Source: an uncultured Acidobacteriota bacterium
GTDB taxonomy: Bacteria > Acidobacteriota > Thermoanaerobaculia > UBA5066 > DATFVB01
Assembly: GCA_963813155.1 (NCBI GenBank)
Contig: CAWEYG010000001.1
Span: 544,001 to 608,000 of the forward strand
DNA: 64,000 nt
Direction of reading: 5' to 3'
A program made the translations under genes and the position numbers. Under the pieces are notes generated by a model. It saw only the letters and a list, made by a program, of their open reading frames with translations, ran no database searches and was not told where the DNA came from. Each line of letters opens with the position of its first letter. Position 1 is the stretch's first letter. This document shows, in pieces, positions 21,398 to 35,203 of this stretch.

Positions 21398-21955
21398 CTA
21401 TTTTCCGAGCATCCCCGACTTCAGCTCGCCCGTGGGAGGAGTCGTCCCCAGCCAGACCCGGAAAAGCACGCGCATGAAGTCCTGCCCGGGGATCGTTCCC
21501 TTGCCCTTGCCCGCGACTTCGACGGTCGTTCCGATGCCGGGGACATACGTGAACGCCATCTCCTGGCCGGCCGTGACGTCCGACATCCACGATTCGAACT
21601 GGGAGATCTCGTTCTTGACCTTCCCCGCGTCGGTCGGGGAGTTGTCCTTGAAGCCGTCCTCCCACGCGTCGACGAGCTGTTTCGCCGTCACCTTCTTGTA
21701 CAGGAAGTGCATGACGACCCTCTTCGTCTCCTCGGACGTGATCGCCTGGGTGTCGTCGTGCGTCGGCGTCTCCAGGTAGAGCCCGCCCACATAGATCTTG
21801 AAGAAGAGCTTCGTGCGAACGCCGAGCCCGTTCAACTTCAAGGCTTTTCCGGATACCGACGCCGAATCGGGCAGCGTGACGCCCGCGAGCTCGGCGGAGA
21901 AGCAGAGCGAGGACGCGAAGAGCATCGAGGCGCCCGCCAGAATGAGTTTCTTCAT
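21398..21955 (-). CDS. Chalcone isomerase-like secreted protein
   Basis: Signal peptide; LKLNGLGVRTKLFFKIYVGGLYL, F..VWLG..P..LKSGMLG. Confidence 0.85.
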   Translation of the reverse strand: MKKLILAGASMLFASSLCFSAELAGVTLPDSASVSGKALKLNGLGVRTKLFFKIYVGGLYLETPTHDDTQAITSEETKRVVMHFLYKKVTAKQLVDAWEDGFKDNSPTDAGKVKNEISQFESWMSDVTAGQEMAFTYVPGIGTTVEVAGKGKGTIPGQDFMRVLFRVWLGTTPPTGELKSGMLGK

Positions 21956-22000
21956 TGCTTCCTCCGGCCGCGATTGTATCGGAGATTGTAAGATCGCGCC

Positions 22001-23070
22001 GTGGCACTTTCCGAAGTCGTCGCGGCGAATCCGCGGCGCGTCGCGCTCGACGTCGAAGGGGATTCCTTCTATCGCTTCGGCGAAAGGCTGTGCCTCGTGC
22101 AGATCGCGTTCTCCGGGACGATCCGCGTCCTGGATCCCTCCGCCCTCGAGCTCAAGCCGCTCCTGACCGACCTCGAGGCGCGCGAGCTCATTCTCCACGG
22201 GGCGGATTTCGACCTGCGCCTGCTCCATGCCCGCTACGGATTCCGGCCGTCGCACGTCTTCGACACGATGCTCGCCGCGCGATTCCTGAATTTCCCGAAG
22301 TTCGGTCTCTCGGACCTTTACGAAAAGTTCTTCGGGATCGTGCTCGAGAAGAAGCACCAGCGCGCCGACTGGTGCGCCCGGCCGCTGTCCGCGGAGCTGC
22401 TCGAATACGCGAAGAAAGACGTCGAACGGCTCGAGGAGCTCGGCGACCGCCTCCGCGACGAGCTGGCTGCCCTGGGGCGCGTCGAATGGCACCGCGAAGA
22501 GTGCGACGCCGTCGTCGCGAAGACGATCCGCAGCGCCGCGCGGCCCGCGGACCCCGACGCCTGGAGGGTGAAGGGGTCCGGCTCGCTCGCGCGGCGCGAG
22601 CTCGCGTTCCTGAAGGAGCTCGTGCTGGCTCGCGACCGGATGGCCCGCGAGTCCGACCGGGCGCTGTTTCGCGTCTTCTCCGCGGAGGACCTGATCCGCC
22701 TCGCGAAGCTTGCGGCGGCGGATCCCGAGTCCGCTCTCCGAAAATTTCCCCGCGCTCTCCCCGGCGCCCACCTCCGGGAGTTCGGGGAGGCGATCCGAAC
22801 CGCCCAGGCCGCGCCGCCGGAGGATTGGCCCGGGCCGCCCGAGCCCGGCCGGAGGGCCGACCCGCGGCTCGAAAAGCGCGTTCGCGAGCTGACGGCGCGA
22901 AGGGACCAGGTGGCCGCCGCGCTCCAGCTGGAGCCGAGCTTCCTCGCGTCGCGCGGCGCGATCGCGCGAGTCGCCGAATCGAGACCGAGGGACGAGGCAA
23001 GCCTCCTCGAGGCGCTCGAATCGCGCTGGAGGACCGGGGCGCTCTCGCGGATGTCTTCCTCGCGGACTGA
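22001..23070 (+). CDS. rnd: Ribonuclease D-like 3'-5' exonuclease with HRDC domain
   Basis: ALDVEGDSFY..LCLVQIA, HGADFDL, FDTMLAARFL, QRADW..RPL..YAKKDV; natural stop probably TGA 23068-23070 after an indel. Confidence 0.8.
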
Positions 23071-24619
23071 ATACGACGTCGTGATCCTCGGGGGCGGCAT
23101 CACCGGCGCCGCCGCCGCCCGGGACGCCGCGCGGCGCGGGCTCTCGGTTCTGCTGCTCGAGAAGGGCGATTTCGCGTCGGGGACGTCGTCGAAGTCTTCG
23201 AAGCTCATCCACGGCGGGCAGCGATATCTCGAGTCTTTCGATTTCCGCCTCGTGCGGGAGTCGTGCCTCGAACGGAACGCCCTTTCGCAAATGGCGCCCC
23301 ACCTCGTGCGTCCCCTCCCGTTTCTCTTCCCGGTTGTAAGAGGCCGGTCGCCGTCGCGAGCCGCGCTCGCGGCCGGGCTCGCGCTCTACCGTCTCCTCGG
23401 CGCCGGCGCGCACCCGGGACGCCAGGAATTCCTCTCCCGGGGCGACGAGGCTCTCCTGCGGGAAGCTCCCGACCTGGCGCCCGGCGGAGTGGACCGGGGC
23501 CTACCGATACTTCGACGCGCAGGCCGACGACTGCCTGCTCACGCTCGCGTTCCTGCGGGACGCGAGGGCCGCGGGCGCCGAGCTCCGTTCCTACACCGAG
23601 GTCGGCGCGAATCACCCGCGGCCCGAAGGGAGAAGCGATCGGCGTCGAGGCACGCGACGTCCTGCGCGACCGGCCGGTTTCCGCGGGAGCCCGGACCGTC
23701 GTCTGCGCGCTCGGCCCCTGGTCCAACGCGCTTTCCGCGCTCCTCGGAGAAGCGCTCGCGCCGTCCGTGCGGCCGTCGCGCGGCTCCCATTTCTTCCTCC
23801 CGCCGGGGCGATTGCCGCTCTCGGCCGCGGTCGTGCTGCTCGACCGCGACGGGCGCCGCTGCTACGCGATTCCCTGGAGGGGCGGCGCCCTGCTCGGGAC
23901 GACCGACGAAATCGACGGGACGCCTCCCGACGCGGTCGCGCCGACCGCTCTCGACCGCGAGATCGTGCTCGGCGCCGTCAACTCGTCTTTTCCGTCCCGG
24001 GCGATCGGCGCCGGGCGACGTGGCCGGCGGCTTCGCGGGCCTGCGACCCCTCGCCTCGTTCGACGGAAAAACGCCGGCGGCCGACGCGTCGCGGGAGGAA
24101 TCGATCTTTTCTCCCGTCCCGCGCGTGATCGCGTCGGTCGGCGGAAAGCTGACGACGGCCCGGCGAACGGCGATCCGCGTGATTGACCGCGTCGAGGAGC
24201 TGCTCCGAAAGGACTTCGGCCGGAGTCCCGCAGGCCCGGCCCGCCGGCTGACTCCCCTTCCCGGCGGCGACATCGAAAACTCCGAACGCCTGCGGGAGCG
24301 GATTCGCAAACGAGCGTTCGAAGCCGCCCGGCTCTCCCCCGAGCACGCCGACCGGATCCTCGAGCGCGAGGGCTCCGCGGCGGAGAGCGCGATCGCCCGG
24401 ATCGAGTCGAACCGGGAGCTCGCGCGCCCGATCTCGGATTCGATGCCGTACACGGTCGCCGACCTCGTCTGGGGCGTCGAGGAGGCGTTCGCGACTCGCC
24501 CCGACGATCTGCTCGCGCGGCGAACCCGCCTGTCGTGGGAGTCTCCCGCGGAAGCGGAGGCCCTCCGCGGCCTGTGCGAGGAAGCCCTCGCCGGCCGGTT
24601 CCGCGACGGGCGCGCGTAA
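23051..24619 (+). CDS. glpD: FAD-dependent glycerol-3-phosphate dehydrogenase/oxidase (compensating indels between about 23490 and 24015)
   Basis: YDVVILGGGITG, DFASGTSSKSSKLIHGG, RPSRGSH and LLGTTD (other frame), FAGLRPL, GGKLTT, DLLARRTRL. Confidence 0.85.
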   Translation: MSSSRTEYDVVILGGGITGAAAARDAARRGLSVLLLEKGDFASGTSSKSSKLIHGGQRYLESFDFRLVRESCLERNALSQMAPHLVRPLPFLFPVVRGRSPSRAALAAGLALYRLLGAGAHPGRQEFLSRGDEALLREAPDLAPGGVDRGLPILRRAGRRLPAHARVPAGREGRGRRAPFLHRGRRESPAARREKRSASRHATSCATGRFPREPGPSSARSAPGPTRFPRSSEKRSRRPCGRRAAPISSSRRGDCRSRPRSCCSTATGAAATRFPGGAAPCSGRPTKSTGRLPTRSRRPLSTARSCSAPSTRLFRPGRSAPGDVAGGFAGLRPLASFDGKTPAADASREESIFSPVPRVIASVGGKLTTARRTAIRVIDRVEELLRKDFGRSPAGPARRLTPLPGGDIENSERLRERIRKRAFEAARLSPEHADRILEREGSAAESAIARIESNRELARPISDSMPYTVADLVWGVEEAFATRPDDLLARRTRLSWESPAEAEALRGLCEEALAGRFRDGRA

Positions 24620-24643
24620 CCTTCCGGCGGGCGCCGCGTCCTA
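24614..24643 (+). promoter_or_regulatory. ECF-type promoter TAACCTT-N13-CGTCCTA
   Basis: First 18 nt identical to the site upstream of the ECF sigma gene (36551-36568). Confidence 0.75.
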
Positions 24644-24664
24644 CCCTACGAAAAGGAGAAAACC

Positions 24665-25561
24665 ATGAAGAGTCTGGTTGTCTGGGGAAGCGCGGTATTC
24701 GCGCTCGCGACGATCTCGCCGAGGCGGAGGCCGGGCCATCGCCACTCGAGCTCGACGACGATTCACGACGAGAGCGGCGTCCGCAGCTGCTCGGACGCCG
24801 GAGTTCACTTCGACGGCCGGGCCTCGCTGACGGCGCAATCCGAAACGAAGATCGCCGCTTCCGAGGTCTCGACGCTCGAGGTTTCCCCTTCGCGCAACGG
24901 GGGCGTGTCGGTCGTGGGAAGCGACGGCGCCGATTTCCTCGTGACGTTGTGCAAAGCGGTCCCCGACGACGGCGAAGGAGAGGAGACGATCCGGCAGATC
25001 TCGATTTCGCGAAGCGGAAACAAGATCGGCGTGACGGGCCCCGACGGTGACGAGTGGGTCGGGCATCTCATCATCCAGGCGCCGCGCAACGCTTCGATTT
25101 CGCTCACGGCCGAGAACGGTCCCGTCGGGCTCGTCGATTTCGCCGGCTCGGCAACGATCGAATCGCAGAACGGACCGGTTTCGCTTCGGCGATGCCGCGG
25201 AAAGATTACCGTGAATTCCCAGAACGGCCCGATCAGCGTCTCCGAGAGCTCCGGAACCCTGAATCTCGAAGACCGCAACGGCCCACTTTCGGTGAGCCTG
25301 GCGGAAGGCGGCTGGAAAGACGGGGCGCTCGACGGAAGGACCGAAAACGGTCCGCTGAGCCTCGAGCTGGCCTCCGGCTCGAATTCCGGCGTCCGGGTCG
25401 AATCGGCGGGACGATCGCCGTTCCGGTGCCGCGCCGATGCGTGCAAAGACGCCCGCCGAAACTGGGACGACGACCACAAGAGAATCGAGTTCGGCGCAGG
25501 CGAGCCGCTCGTGCGGCTCTCGACCGTCAACGGCCCGGTCTCGATCGATTCACGGGACTGA
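24665..25561 (+). CDS. DUF4097/adhesin-like beta-strand repeat protein
   Basis: AGGAG RBS; repeated [S/T]xNGP[V/I/L]S units; ends LSTVNGPVSI. Confidence 0.8.
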   Translation: MKSLVVWGSAVFALATISPRRRPGHRHSSSTTIHDESGVRSCSDAGVHFDGRASLTAQSETKIAASEVSTLEVSPSRNGGVSVVGSDGADFLVTLCKAVPDDGEGEETIRQISISRSGNKIGVTGPDGDEWVGHLIIQAPRNASISLTAENGPVGLVDFAGSATIESQNGPVSLRRCRGKITVNSQNGPISVSESSGTLNLEDRNGPLSVSLAEGGWKDGALDGRTENGPLSLELASGSNSGVRVESAGRSPFRCRADACKDARRNWDDDHKRIEFGAGEPLVRLSTVNGPVSIDSRD

Positions 25562-25987
25562 CGGCTCGAACCGGCGGCGCAGGAACTTCAGGCGGATCCC
25601 GTCGATCCGCCCGCCGGGCGCCGTGACGATGTCCACGTAGCCAGGGTCGTCGGGGTCCGGCGTCACGTACGACACGCCGCGCCACCGGAGAAGAAACGAG
25701 TGCTCGGCCGGCGCCGCGAGCCGGAGCGTGAACCGGCCGAGCGCGTCGGTCGTCGCGCCGGGCTCCCACGGAACGTCCTTCCCTCGCGCCATTCCGAACA
25801 CCTCGATGCCGGCGACCGGCTCGCCCGACTCGGCGTCGACGACGACGCCGGAGACCGTCGCCTTCGGATTCTTTTCCATGGCAACGAGAGCCGGAGCGGG
25901 CTTCGGCACGGTCGAGCAGGCCGCCATCGCGCCCAGGACGGCGAGGGCGGGAACCGCGAGAGTCCGGAGGATCCCGACTCTCGTTAC
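25550..25987 (-). CDS. Lipoprotein with carboxypeptidase-regulatory-like beta-sandwich
   Basis: Lipobox-like MAAC; VSGVVVDAESGEPVAG..TTDALGRFTL; start uncertain. Confidence 0.65.
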   Translation of the reverse strand, partial: VTRVGILRTLAVPALAVLGAMAACSTVPKPAPALVAMEKNPKATVSGVVVDAESGEPVAGIEVFGMARGKDVPWEPGATTDALGRFTLRLAAPAEHSFLLRWRGVSYVTPDPDDPGYVDIVTAPGGRIDGIRLKFLRRRFEPSVP

Positions 25988-27655
25988 CTCGACCTCGCCA
26001 TCGCCCCGGAAAAGTTTTCGCCCGGCTTGAGCCTCGGCATCTCCGGCGCGTTCGAAACCGCTTCGGCGAGCCGCAAGACGAGCTCGCCCTCCTGGACCGC
26101 GCCCGAGAGGTCCCAGTCGGCGTGGAACTCGTCGGAGGGCTGGTGGTAATGGTTGTCGTTGAAATCGTTGAACAGCTTTTCGCCGTAGGCCGCGTCGTGC
26201 CCGGCGAAGAGCCAGCCGTGCTCGACGTTGAGGGCGGCGACGCCCGCCTTCGCGAAATTGAAGTGGTCCGACCGGAAATACGAGCCCTGCTCCGGGTGGG
26301 CGTCCGGATCGAGCGTGATCCGCATTGTCTTCGCGACGCCCGCCGCGAGCGGGCCGAGAGTCGTCTTCTCGAGGCCGAGAAGGATGAAGTCGCGGCTCCG
26401 GCCGTAAACGGACGTCTCGTCCATGTTGAAGTTCGCGGCGACGCGGTTCGCCGGGACCGGAAGGTGCTTCGCCGCGTAGGCCGAGCCGACGAGGCCCTGC
26501 TCTTCGGCCGTGACCGAGAGAAACAGCAGGGATCGCTTCGGCCTCCAGTGGCCGTCGGCGGCCGCGCGCGCCAGCTCGATCAGCAGCGAGACGCCCGAGG
26601 CGTTGTCGACGGCGCCGTTGTAGATCGTGTCGCCCCGCGAATCCGGCGCGCCGATCCCGAGGTGGTCGAAATGCGCCGTCAGGGCGATGAACGTGTTCTT
26701 CCGGGCCGGATCGCTGCCGTCGAGGATGCCGGCGACGTTGACGGTCTTGTACCGCCGAATCTTGAAGGTCAGGTCCCCGCGGGCCCGGCTCGGGTCGAGC
26801 GGGACCGGCCGGAAGCCCGGTTTCCCCGCGGCCGTGATCATCTCGTCCAGGCTCTTCCCGTTGTCGCCGAACAGCCGGCCCGCCACCTCGCGCGTGATCC
26901 AGCCGTTCAGCGGAAGGTCCTCCGCCCCGGCGTCGAGCGGCAGCTGCGCCTGCTCGCCGGACCAGGAGTTGTGCACGACCTGCCAGCCGTACCCCGCCGA
27001 TTCGTCGGTGTGGACGAGGAGGATTCCGGCCGCGTGGTGCCGGGCCGCCTCTTCGTACTTGTAGGTCCAGCGGCCGTAGTACGTGAGCGCCTTGCCGCCG
27101 AAGAATTTCGGATCGCTCGACGGGGGGTCGTTGACGAGACAGATCAGAAGCTTTCCGCGCGCGTCGAAATCCTTGTAGTCGTCCCATTTCATATCCGGGG
27201 CGGTGATTCCGTACCCGACGAAAACGATCGGCGCGTCGATGGCCGCCTTCGGCTGCTGGTTGCGCGTCGAGAGCACCGAGTTCGCGCCGTTCGAAAGCTC
27301 GATTTTCCCCTTCGGCGTCTCGAGCGTGAGCGCGCTGGCAGGGTCCGTCGAGATACCGACCATCTCGAAGTTCTGAAGGTAGGTGCCGTCGTCGCCGGCA
27401 GGGCGAAGTCCGTTCTCCGCAAATTCGGACGCGATGTAGCTCGCCGCGATCGCCGAACCCCGGGCCCCGGTTCCGCGGCCCTCGAGCAGGTCGTCCGCAG
27501 AGGAAACGGATTCGCGCGGAGATTCGCTTCGCGGAGAGCGCCGACACCGCGCGCCCGAGCGCGCCGTCCGCCGGCTTGTCCGCGGACGAAGCGCCGATCG
27601 TCGACAGCAGTGCGCCGCCGAGAAGCGCCGAGAGAACCGGCCGAGGAAATTGCAT
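25984..27655 (-). CDS. M28 family metallopeptidase with PA domain (indel near 27505)
   Basis: DDLLEGRGTG, YYGRWTYKYEEA, TAHFDHLG, GAVDNASG, TAEEQGLVGS, RSDHFNF, YHQPSD. Confidence 0.9.
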
Positions 27656-27734
27656 CGAAACCTCCGGCCCCGGATTCTACAGAAACCTCCCGATCGCCGC
27701 GCGGGAACCGCTATCATCGCGGCGGAGGTGACCG

Positions 27735-28196
27735 ATGGCGCAGGAAGAGGGAAAGGCCCCCCACATTTACGCGATGGACGTCGCGTGGGACGGCGACGGC
27801 GCGGGAACGGGCATTCTCCGCGCGCCCGACAACTCGTTCAACCTGTCCATCGGCGGCTCGACGGACCTCGGCGGATGCGGAAAAGGAGCCAATCCGGAGC
27901 AGCTCCTTCTCGCCGCGGTGGGCTCGTGCTTCATCTCGACGTGGGCGATCTTCCTGAAAAAGCTCGCCATTCCCTACGCCGAACCTTCCCTTTCGCTGCG
28001 CTGCTGGCTCGTTGCCGACCCCGCCGGAGGATTCAAGGTCGAAAAGATCGAGATCTCCTGCGCCGTGCCGCAGCCGCTGCTCGAGAGCCGGCGCGCGGAA
28101 GTCGAGAAGACGGTCAAGCTGGCCGAAAAGTACTGCATCATCTCGAAAGTCGCGCGCGCCGCGATGCCCGTCGAAGTCTCGATCCGGGAGACCTGA
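27735..28196 (+). CDS. OsmC/Ohr family protein
   Basis: NPEQLLLAAVGSCF and AEKYCIISK, the two conserved Cys motifs; GGAGG RBS. Confidence 0.85.
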   Translation: MAQEEGKAPHIYAMDVAWDGDGAGTGILRAPDNSFNLSIGGSTDLGGCGKGANPEQLLLAAVGSCFISTWAIFLKKLAIPYAEPSLSLRCWLVADPAGGFKVEKIEISCAVPQPLLESRRAEVEKTVKLAEKYCIISKVARAAMPVEVSIRET

Positions 28197-28245
28197 GGTC
28201 TCGATCCAGCAGACCTGTTTTCCAGGTCTCGATCCAGCAGACGTG
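28176..28245 (+). repeat. Three imperfect direct copies of the OsmC gene 3' end
   Basis: gtctcgatccgggagacctg / gtctcgatccagcagacctg / gtctcgatccagcagacgtg. Confidence 0.75.
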
Positions 28246-28254
28246 ATTTCTCCG

Positions 28255-28283
28255 CAAAACCTTTTCTCCGCTTTTGCGTCCTA
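28255..28283 (+). promoter_or_regulatory. ECF-type promoter AAACCTT-N13-CGTCCTA
   Basis: Same motif and spacing as five other sites. Confidence 0.7.
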
Positions 28284-28300
28284 AGGGAAAAGGAGCACGC

Positions 28301-30543
28301 ATGCCGAAGGCCTCTCTCCGGGCTCTCGCGCTCTTCCTGGCGGTTTCCGCGAAAGCGTTCGCCCTGCCGGAGCCGGCGCCTCCGGTCGCGGTCCCGCGGA
28401 CCTCCTCCCCGATCACCGTGGACGGGCGGCTGACCGATCCGGGCTGGAAGGACGCCGCCGTGATCGACAAGTTCTGGGAGAACTTCCCCGGCGACAACGT
28501 CGAGCCGAAGGTCAAGACGATCGTGCGGCTCACCTACGACGACCGCTTCTTCTACATCGGCCTCGATTGCCGCGACCCGCATCCGGAGAAAATCCGCGCG
28601 CCCTACGTCGACCGGGACAACGTGCTCGGCACGGACGACAACGTCGCGGTCTTCCTCGACACGCGCGGCGACCGCCGCTCCGCGATCGAGTTCCGCGTGA
28701 ACCCGCGCGGCATCCAGGGCGACGCCAGCTGGAACGACGCGAACGGCAACGAGGATTTCTCGCCCGACTTCTTCTACGACACGGCCGCGGAGATCACCGA
28801 GACGGGCTGGACCGCCGAGATGCGAATTCCGTTCTCCTCCCTGCGCTACCCGAAGAAGGACATCCAGCAGTGGGACATCCTCGTCTGGAGGAATTATCCG
28901 CGGGAGTATCGCTACGCCTTCTACAACACTCCCGTCGCGCAGACCTCGAACTGCCTCACCTGCCACGGCGTCCCGCTGACGGGGATCACCGGGCTGCCCG
29001 GACAGCGGGCACCTCGTCGTCGCGCCGTACGGCACCCTGAAGGAAGAGGGGCTTCCGAGAAACGACCTCGGGTCCGACCTCGTGAACCGCCCGATCCGGG
29101 GAAACGGCGGCCTCGACGTGAAGTGGACCCCGAACGCGAACACGGTGGTCGACGGCACGATCAACCCCGACTTCTCCCAGGTGGAATCGGACGTCGGCCA
29201 GATCAGCGTGAACAGCCGCTTCGCGCTGTTCTTTCCCGAGAAGCGGCCGTTCTTTCTCGAGGGCGTGGACCTCTTCGACACGCCGATCCAGGCGGTCTAC
29301 ACCCGGACGATCACGTCGCCGCGCTGGGGAGCGCGCGTCACCGGGAAAGCTCGATTCGTCCAGCTACACTCTTCTCGTTTCGGAGGACCGCGGCGGCGGG
29401 AGCGTCATCGTTCCGGGGCCGACGTCTTCGAGCCTCGAACCGCAGGACTTCCACTCGATCACCGCGATCGGAAGAATCCGGCAGGACGTCGGAGCGTCGT
29501 TCGGCGGCTTGCTCTTCACGGACCGCGAAGTCGAAGGGGGCGGCCACAACCGCGTGATCGGTCCCGATTTTCAGTGGCGGCCCACGGACAAAGACCAGCT
29601 GACCGGACAGTTTCTCGTGACCGACACGCAGACGCCGAATCTGCCGGACATCACTCCCGAATGGAACGGAGACCGGTTCTCCTCGAGGGCGATTTTCCTC
29701 TCCTGGCTCCATACCGGCCCGCACTGGACGTTCCGCTCGACGTACCAGGACCTGGGCGACGGGTTCCGGGCGGACGACGGGTTCGTGCCGCAGGTCGGCT
29801 TCCGCGAAGTGCGGCAGTTCGTCGGCTACACGTTCTTCTCCCAGACGGGATTCTTCGGCAGGCTCCAGCCGCTTTTCCTCGTCGATTATTTCTCCTCCCC
29901 GAGCGGAGACCTGATCACGCGCAAGACCTCTCCCGGCCTGTTCTTCCTCGGGCGGCTCAACCTGAACGGCGAGATCGATTTGAATTGGCGGGAGAAAGAT
30001 CGCATCGGCTCGAAAGTTCTCGAAACGACGAGCGTCGCCTATTTCGTCCAGTTCGACCCGGACCGAAGGCTCTCCCGGATCACGCTTCAGGGCTACCTCG
30101 GCGAGGGGACCGACGTCGCGAACGTGCGCGTCGGGCACGGCGGCGACGTCAACCTGGCGGCGACGATCAAGCCGACGGACCATCTCCAGCTCGAATTCAA
30201 CGGCGACCGGCAGTGGCTCGACGTCGACTCCGGCGGCCGGAGCGGACGCCTGTTTACGGCGCAGATCGAGCGGTTGAAGGCGACGTACAACTTCAGCGCG
30301 AAGATGTTCGTGCGCGTCATCGGGCAGTACCTGCAGGTGGATGCCGACCCGTCGCTCTACACCGACGACGTGCCGAAGCGCAGCGGCGGCTTCGACGGCT
30401 CCGCGCTTTTTTCCTACAAGCTCAACTGGCAGACCGTGCTGTTCCTCGGTTACGGCGACAGCCGCGTGCTCGACGACCACACGAATCTTCTGCGCGCGAA
30501 CCGCCAGTTCTTCCTGAAGGTCTCCTACGCGTTCCAGACCTGA
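28301..30543 (+). CDS. CBM9-like plus DUF5916 protein, copy 1 (indels near 29003 and 29350)
   Basis: ITVDGRLTDPGW, GWTAEMRIPFSSLRY, TINPDFSQVESD, FPEKRPFFLEG, YTRTI; ends FFLKVSYAF. Confidence 0.85.
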
Positions 30544-30567
30544 AGTACCCCTCAGCCGAAATCGTCC

Positions 30568-32553
30568 CTACTGGATGTTCACTCCACCGCTGGCGGATCC
30601 CGTGATGGAAACCGCTCCTGAGGCGGACGTCGAGTAGACCATCAACAGCCGGGTCTGCGCCGTCACGGGGATGCTCAAGCCCGTCGTGATCCCACTCACG
30701 GTCGTTCCGCTGGGAAGGAAACCCGTGAGCGGCGGGGAGAGAACTACGGCCGCGCCCGGAATCGGAACAAACAGGTTGGGCGTCGTCGACTCGTAGAGCT
30801 CGGCCGTGATCGTCGCGGGTCCAGAGAGCAGCAGGGGCGTCGTCGTGCTGAAGAATCCCGAGATCGACGTGATCGTCCCGTCCCGAGGCAGCGAAAACGC
30901 GAGGTTCGGCTGCGACGTGAGGTCGATAAACGGAGGAAACGGAGAGAACCCGCCGCTCGCGGAGCCTCCGAAGCCCACGAAGGCGGCCGAGCTGGAGAGC
31001 CCGCCGGCATCCGTCGCCATTGTGATCGCGCCGTTCGAGGCGAACGGAATGATCGCCCCGGCACCCGCCGGCCCCGTCGGTCCGGTCGGTCCTGTCGATC
31101 CGGCGACGCCCGTCGAACCCGTTGGCCCCGTCGGACCGGCCGCGCCCGTGGGACCGGTCGGGCCCGTGGCTCCCGTGACGCCGGTCGGGCCCGTCGGACC
31201 AATGGAACCCGTCGGGCCGGTCGCACCGGTGCCCCCTGTTGGCCCTGTGCCGCCCGAGGGTCCGGTCGGTCCGGTGGGACCTGCCGGGCCGGTTGGCCCC
31301 GTCCGTCCGGTCGGACCGGTGGGCCCTGTCGGCCCCGAGGGCCCGGCGGCTCCCGTGGGTCCCGTCGCGCCGCTGACCCCTGTCGGTCCGGTTGGACCTG
31401 TCGCGCCCTCGAGCGCAATGAGATCCCAATCCGCCGTGTCGGCCGCCGGGTTGCCAGCGTTGCATCCCGCGACGTTTTTGCAGAAGTAGCTGGAGCCCAG
31501 GTACTGGACCGCGTCGCGAAAGTTGTACGCAGTGTTCGTCCACGTTCCCTGCCAGTTGATCCCGACGGGGCCGGTCGGTCCCGTGGAACCCGCCGGCCCG
31601 GTCGGGCCCGTCACGCCCGGGATTCCCTGGATGCCCGGGTTCCCCTGCGGTCCCGGGTTTCCCCTCGGCCCTTGCGGTCCGTCGTTTCCCGGAGCTCCCT
31701 TCGGTCCCGTGGGGCCCGTCGGCCCGGTGGGTCCGTTTCCGAGCCCCGATTGAAAAAGCATTTCAAAGCCCGAGCCATCGTTGCTCTCGTTCGCGATCTG
31801 CGCTCCCGCGAAAATCACGCTGCCGGAAGGAGAGGCGCTGCCGAGCGTCGAGTCGACCGGAACGAGCACGGTTCCCACGAGCCGCGCGTTCGTGGTGGCA
31901 ATGTTCGGAACGATGTCCGCGATGTTCGTCTGGAAGTGTTCGAACCCGCCGAGCGGATAATTCTTCGTTCCGAGAATGTTGCCGAGGCCGTCGAGCACGG
32001 TGACCTCGAAGACCGCGGGGCTGCCTGTCGTCTCGACCATCGCAAAGTTGTAGCGGAAATTTTCGCCGCCTCCCTGGTTGACTCCCTGGATCGTGGAGGA
32101 CTGGCCCGGCGCAAGCGCGAAGAGGGAAGGCACGCCGGCGAAAAAGAGACCGGTGCTGGCGCCCAGATCCTGTCCCGGGGGAAGATTGAAAATGCGCGAG
32201 GAAACGAAGACATCTCCGCTGGATGCCACGATGTGGCCGGCGCCCAGCGCGCTCGCCAGGCCGAACTTGTTGAGCAGGACGTCTTCGTACATCTTCGTTT
32301 CTCCGGGCAGCAGCGTGTCGGAAAACGAAGCGGGATTGGGATTCGCCTGGCCGGAGGCGAGGAAGAAGAACCCGAACGAGACGGGCTGTGTCGAAGAGAG
32401 ATTCGTCACCCAGACCGACGTCGAGAACTGGGCTCCGTTGGCTCCTGCGACGCGGCCGATCGACGTCAGGTAGATGTCGCTCGAGGCAAATCCCGCAAAC
32501 GCGGTGCCGAGGCAGGCCAAAAAGAGGACGACAGCGGCGACGAATCGTTTCAT
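30568..32553 (-). CDS. Secreted collagen-like protein with BclB-type C-terminal domain
   Basis: Signal peptide; GXY (mostly GPT) blocks at 31561-31740 and 31063-31407; C-terminal [41 protein letters not shown]. Confidence 0.85.
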   Translation of the reverse strand: MKRFVAAVVLFLACLGTAFAGFASSDIYLTSIGRVAGANGAQFSTSVWVTNLSSTQPVSFGFFFLASGQANPNPASFSDTLLPGETKMYEDVLLNKFGLASALGAGHIVASSGDVFVSSRIFNLPPGQDLGASTGLFFAGVPSLFALAPGQSSTIQGVNQGGGENFRYNFAMVETTGSPAVFEVTVLDGLGNILGTKNYPLGGFEHFQTNIADIVPNIATTNARLVGTVLVPVDSTLGSASPSGSVIFAGAQIANESNDGSGFEMLFQSGLGNGPTGPTGPTGPKGAPGNDGPQGPRGNPGPQGNPGIQGIPGVTGPTGPAGSTGPTGPVGINWQGTWTNTAYNFRDAVQYLGSSYFCKNVAGCNAGNPAADTADWDLIALEGATGPTGPTGVSGATGPTGAAGPSGPTGPTGPTGRTGPTGPAGPTGPTGPSGGTGPTGGTGATGPTGSIGPTGPTGVTGATGPTGPTGAAGPTGPTGSTGVAGSTGPTGPTGPAGAGAIIPFASNGAITMATDAGGLSSSAAFVGFGGSASGGFSPFPPFIDLTSQPNLAFSLPRDGTITSISGFFSTTTPLLLSGPATITAELYESTTPNLFVPIPGAAVVLSPPLTGFLPSGTTVSGITTGLSIPVTAQTRLLMVYSTSASGAVSITGSASGGVNIQ

Positions 32554-32636
32554 GCCCGAACCCTTTCCCTCGAAACAAAACGCGACGCGAACTATAGCGC
32601 CGCGGCCTTTCGAAAACCAGGCGGTAGAATCGCCTC

Positions 32637-32950
32637 GTGGCCGATGAACAGCCGAGGACCGGCGGAAACGTTCTGGAGGAGAAGAAGAGCGAAACGCGGA
32701 AGGCTCCGCTCTACCGCGTGATCCTCCACAACGACGACTACACGACGATGGAGTTCGTCGTCGAAATCCTCGAATCGATCTTCCACCGCTCGCCCGCCGA
32801 GGCGCATCGGATCATGATGCTCGTCCACACGAGCGGCGCCGGAACGTGCGGGGCGTACCCGTTCGAGGTCGCGGAGACGAAAGTCTCGCAGGTCCACGAC
32901 CGGGCGAAAGAGAGCGGATATCCGCTCCGCGCGAGCCTCGAGGAGGAGCC

Positions 32951-32957
<7 letters not shown>
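32637..32957 (+). CDS. clpS: Clp protease adaptor ClpS
   Basis: [44 protein letters not shown]. Confidence 0.95.

Positions 32958-35191
<2,234 letters not shown>

Positions 35192-35203
<12 letters not shown>

Noticed and set aside
22001-24619. Apparent RNase D-GlpD fusion (872-aa ORF)
   Set aside because: A shifted frame gives RNase D a natural end (LADVFLAD*, 23070) overlapping an ATG at 23051 that starts GlpD. With indels common in this window, an artefact is more likely; reads would settle it.
28176-28245. Mini CRISPR array
   Set aside because: Units are separated by under 10 nt, there are no spacer-length segments and no cas genes.
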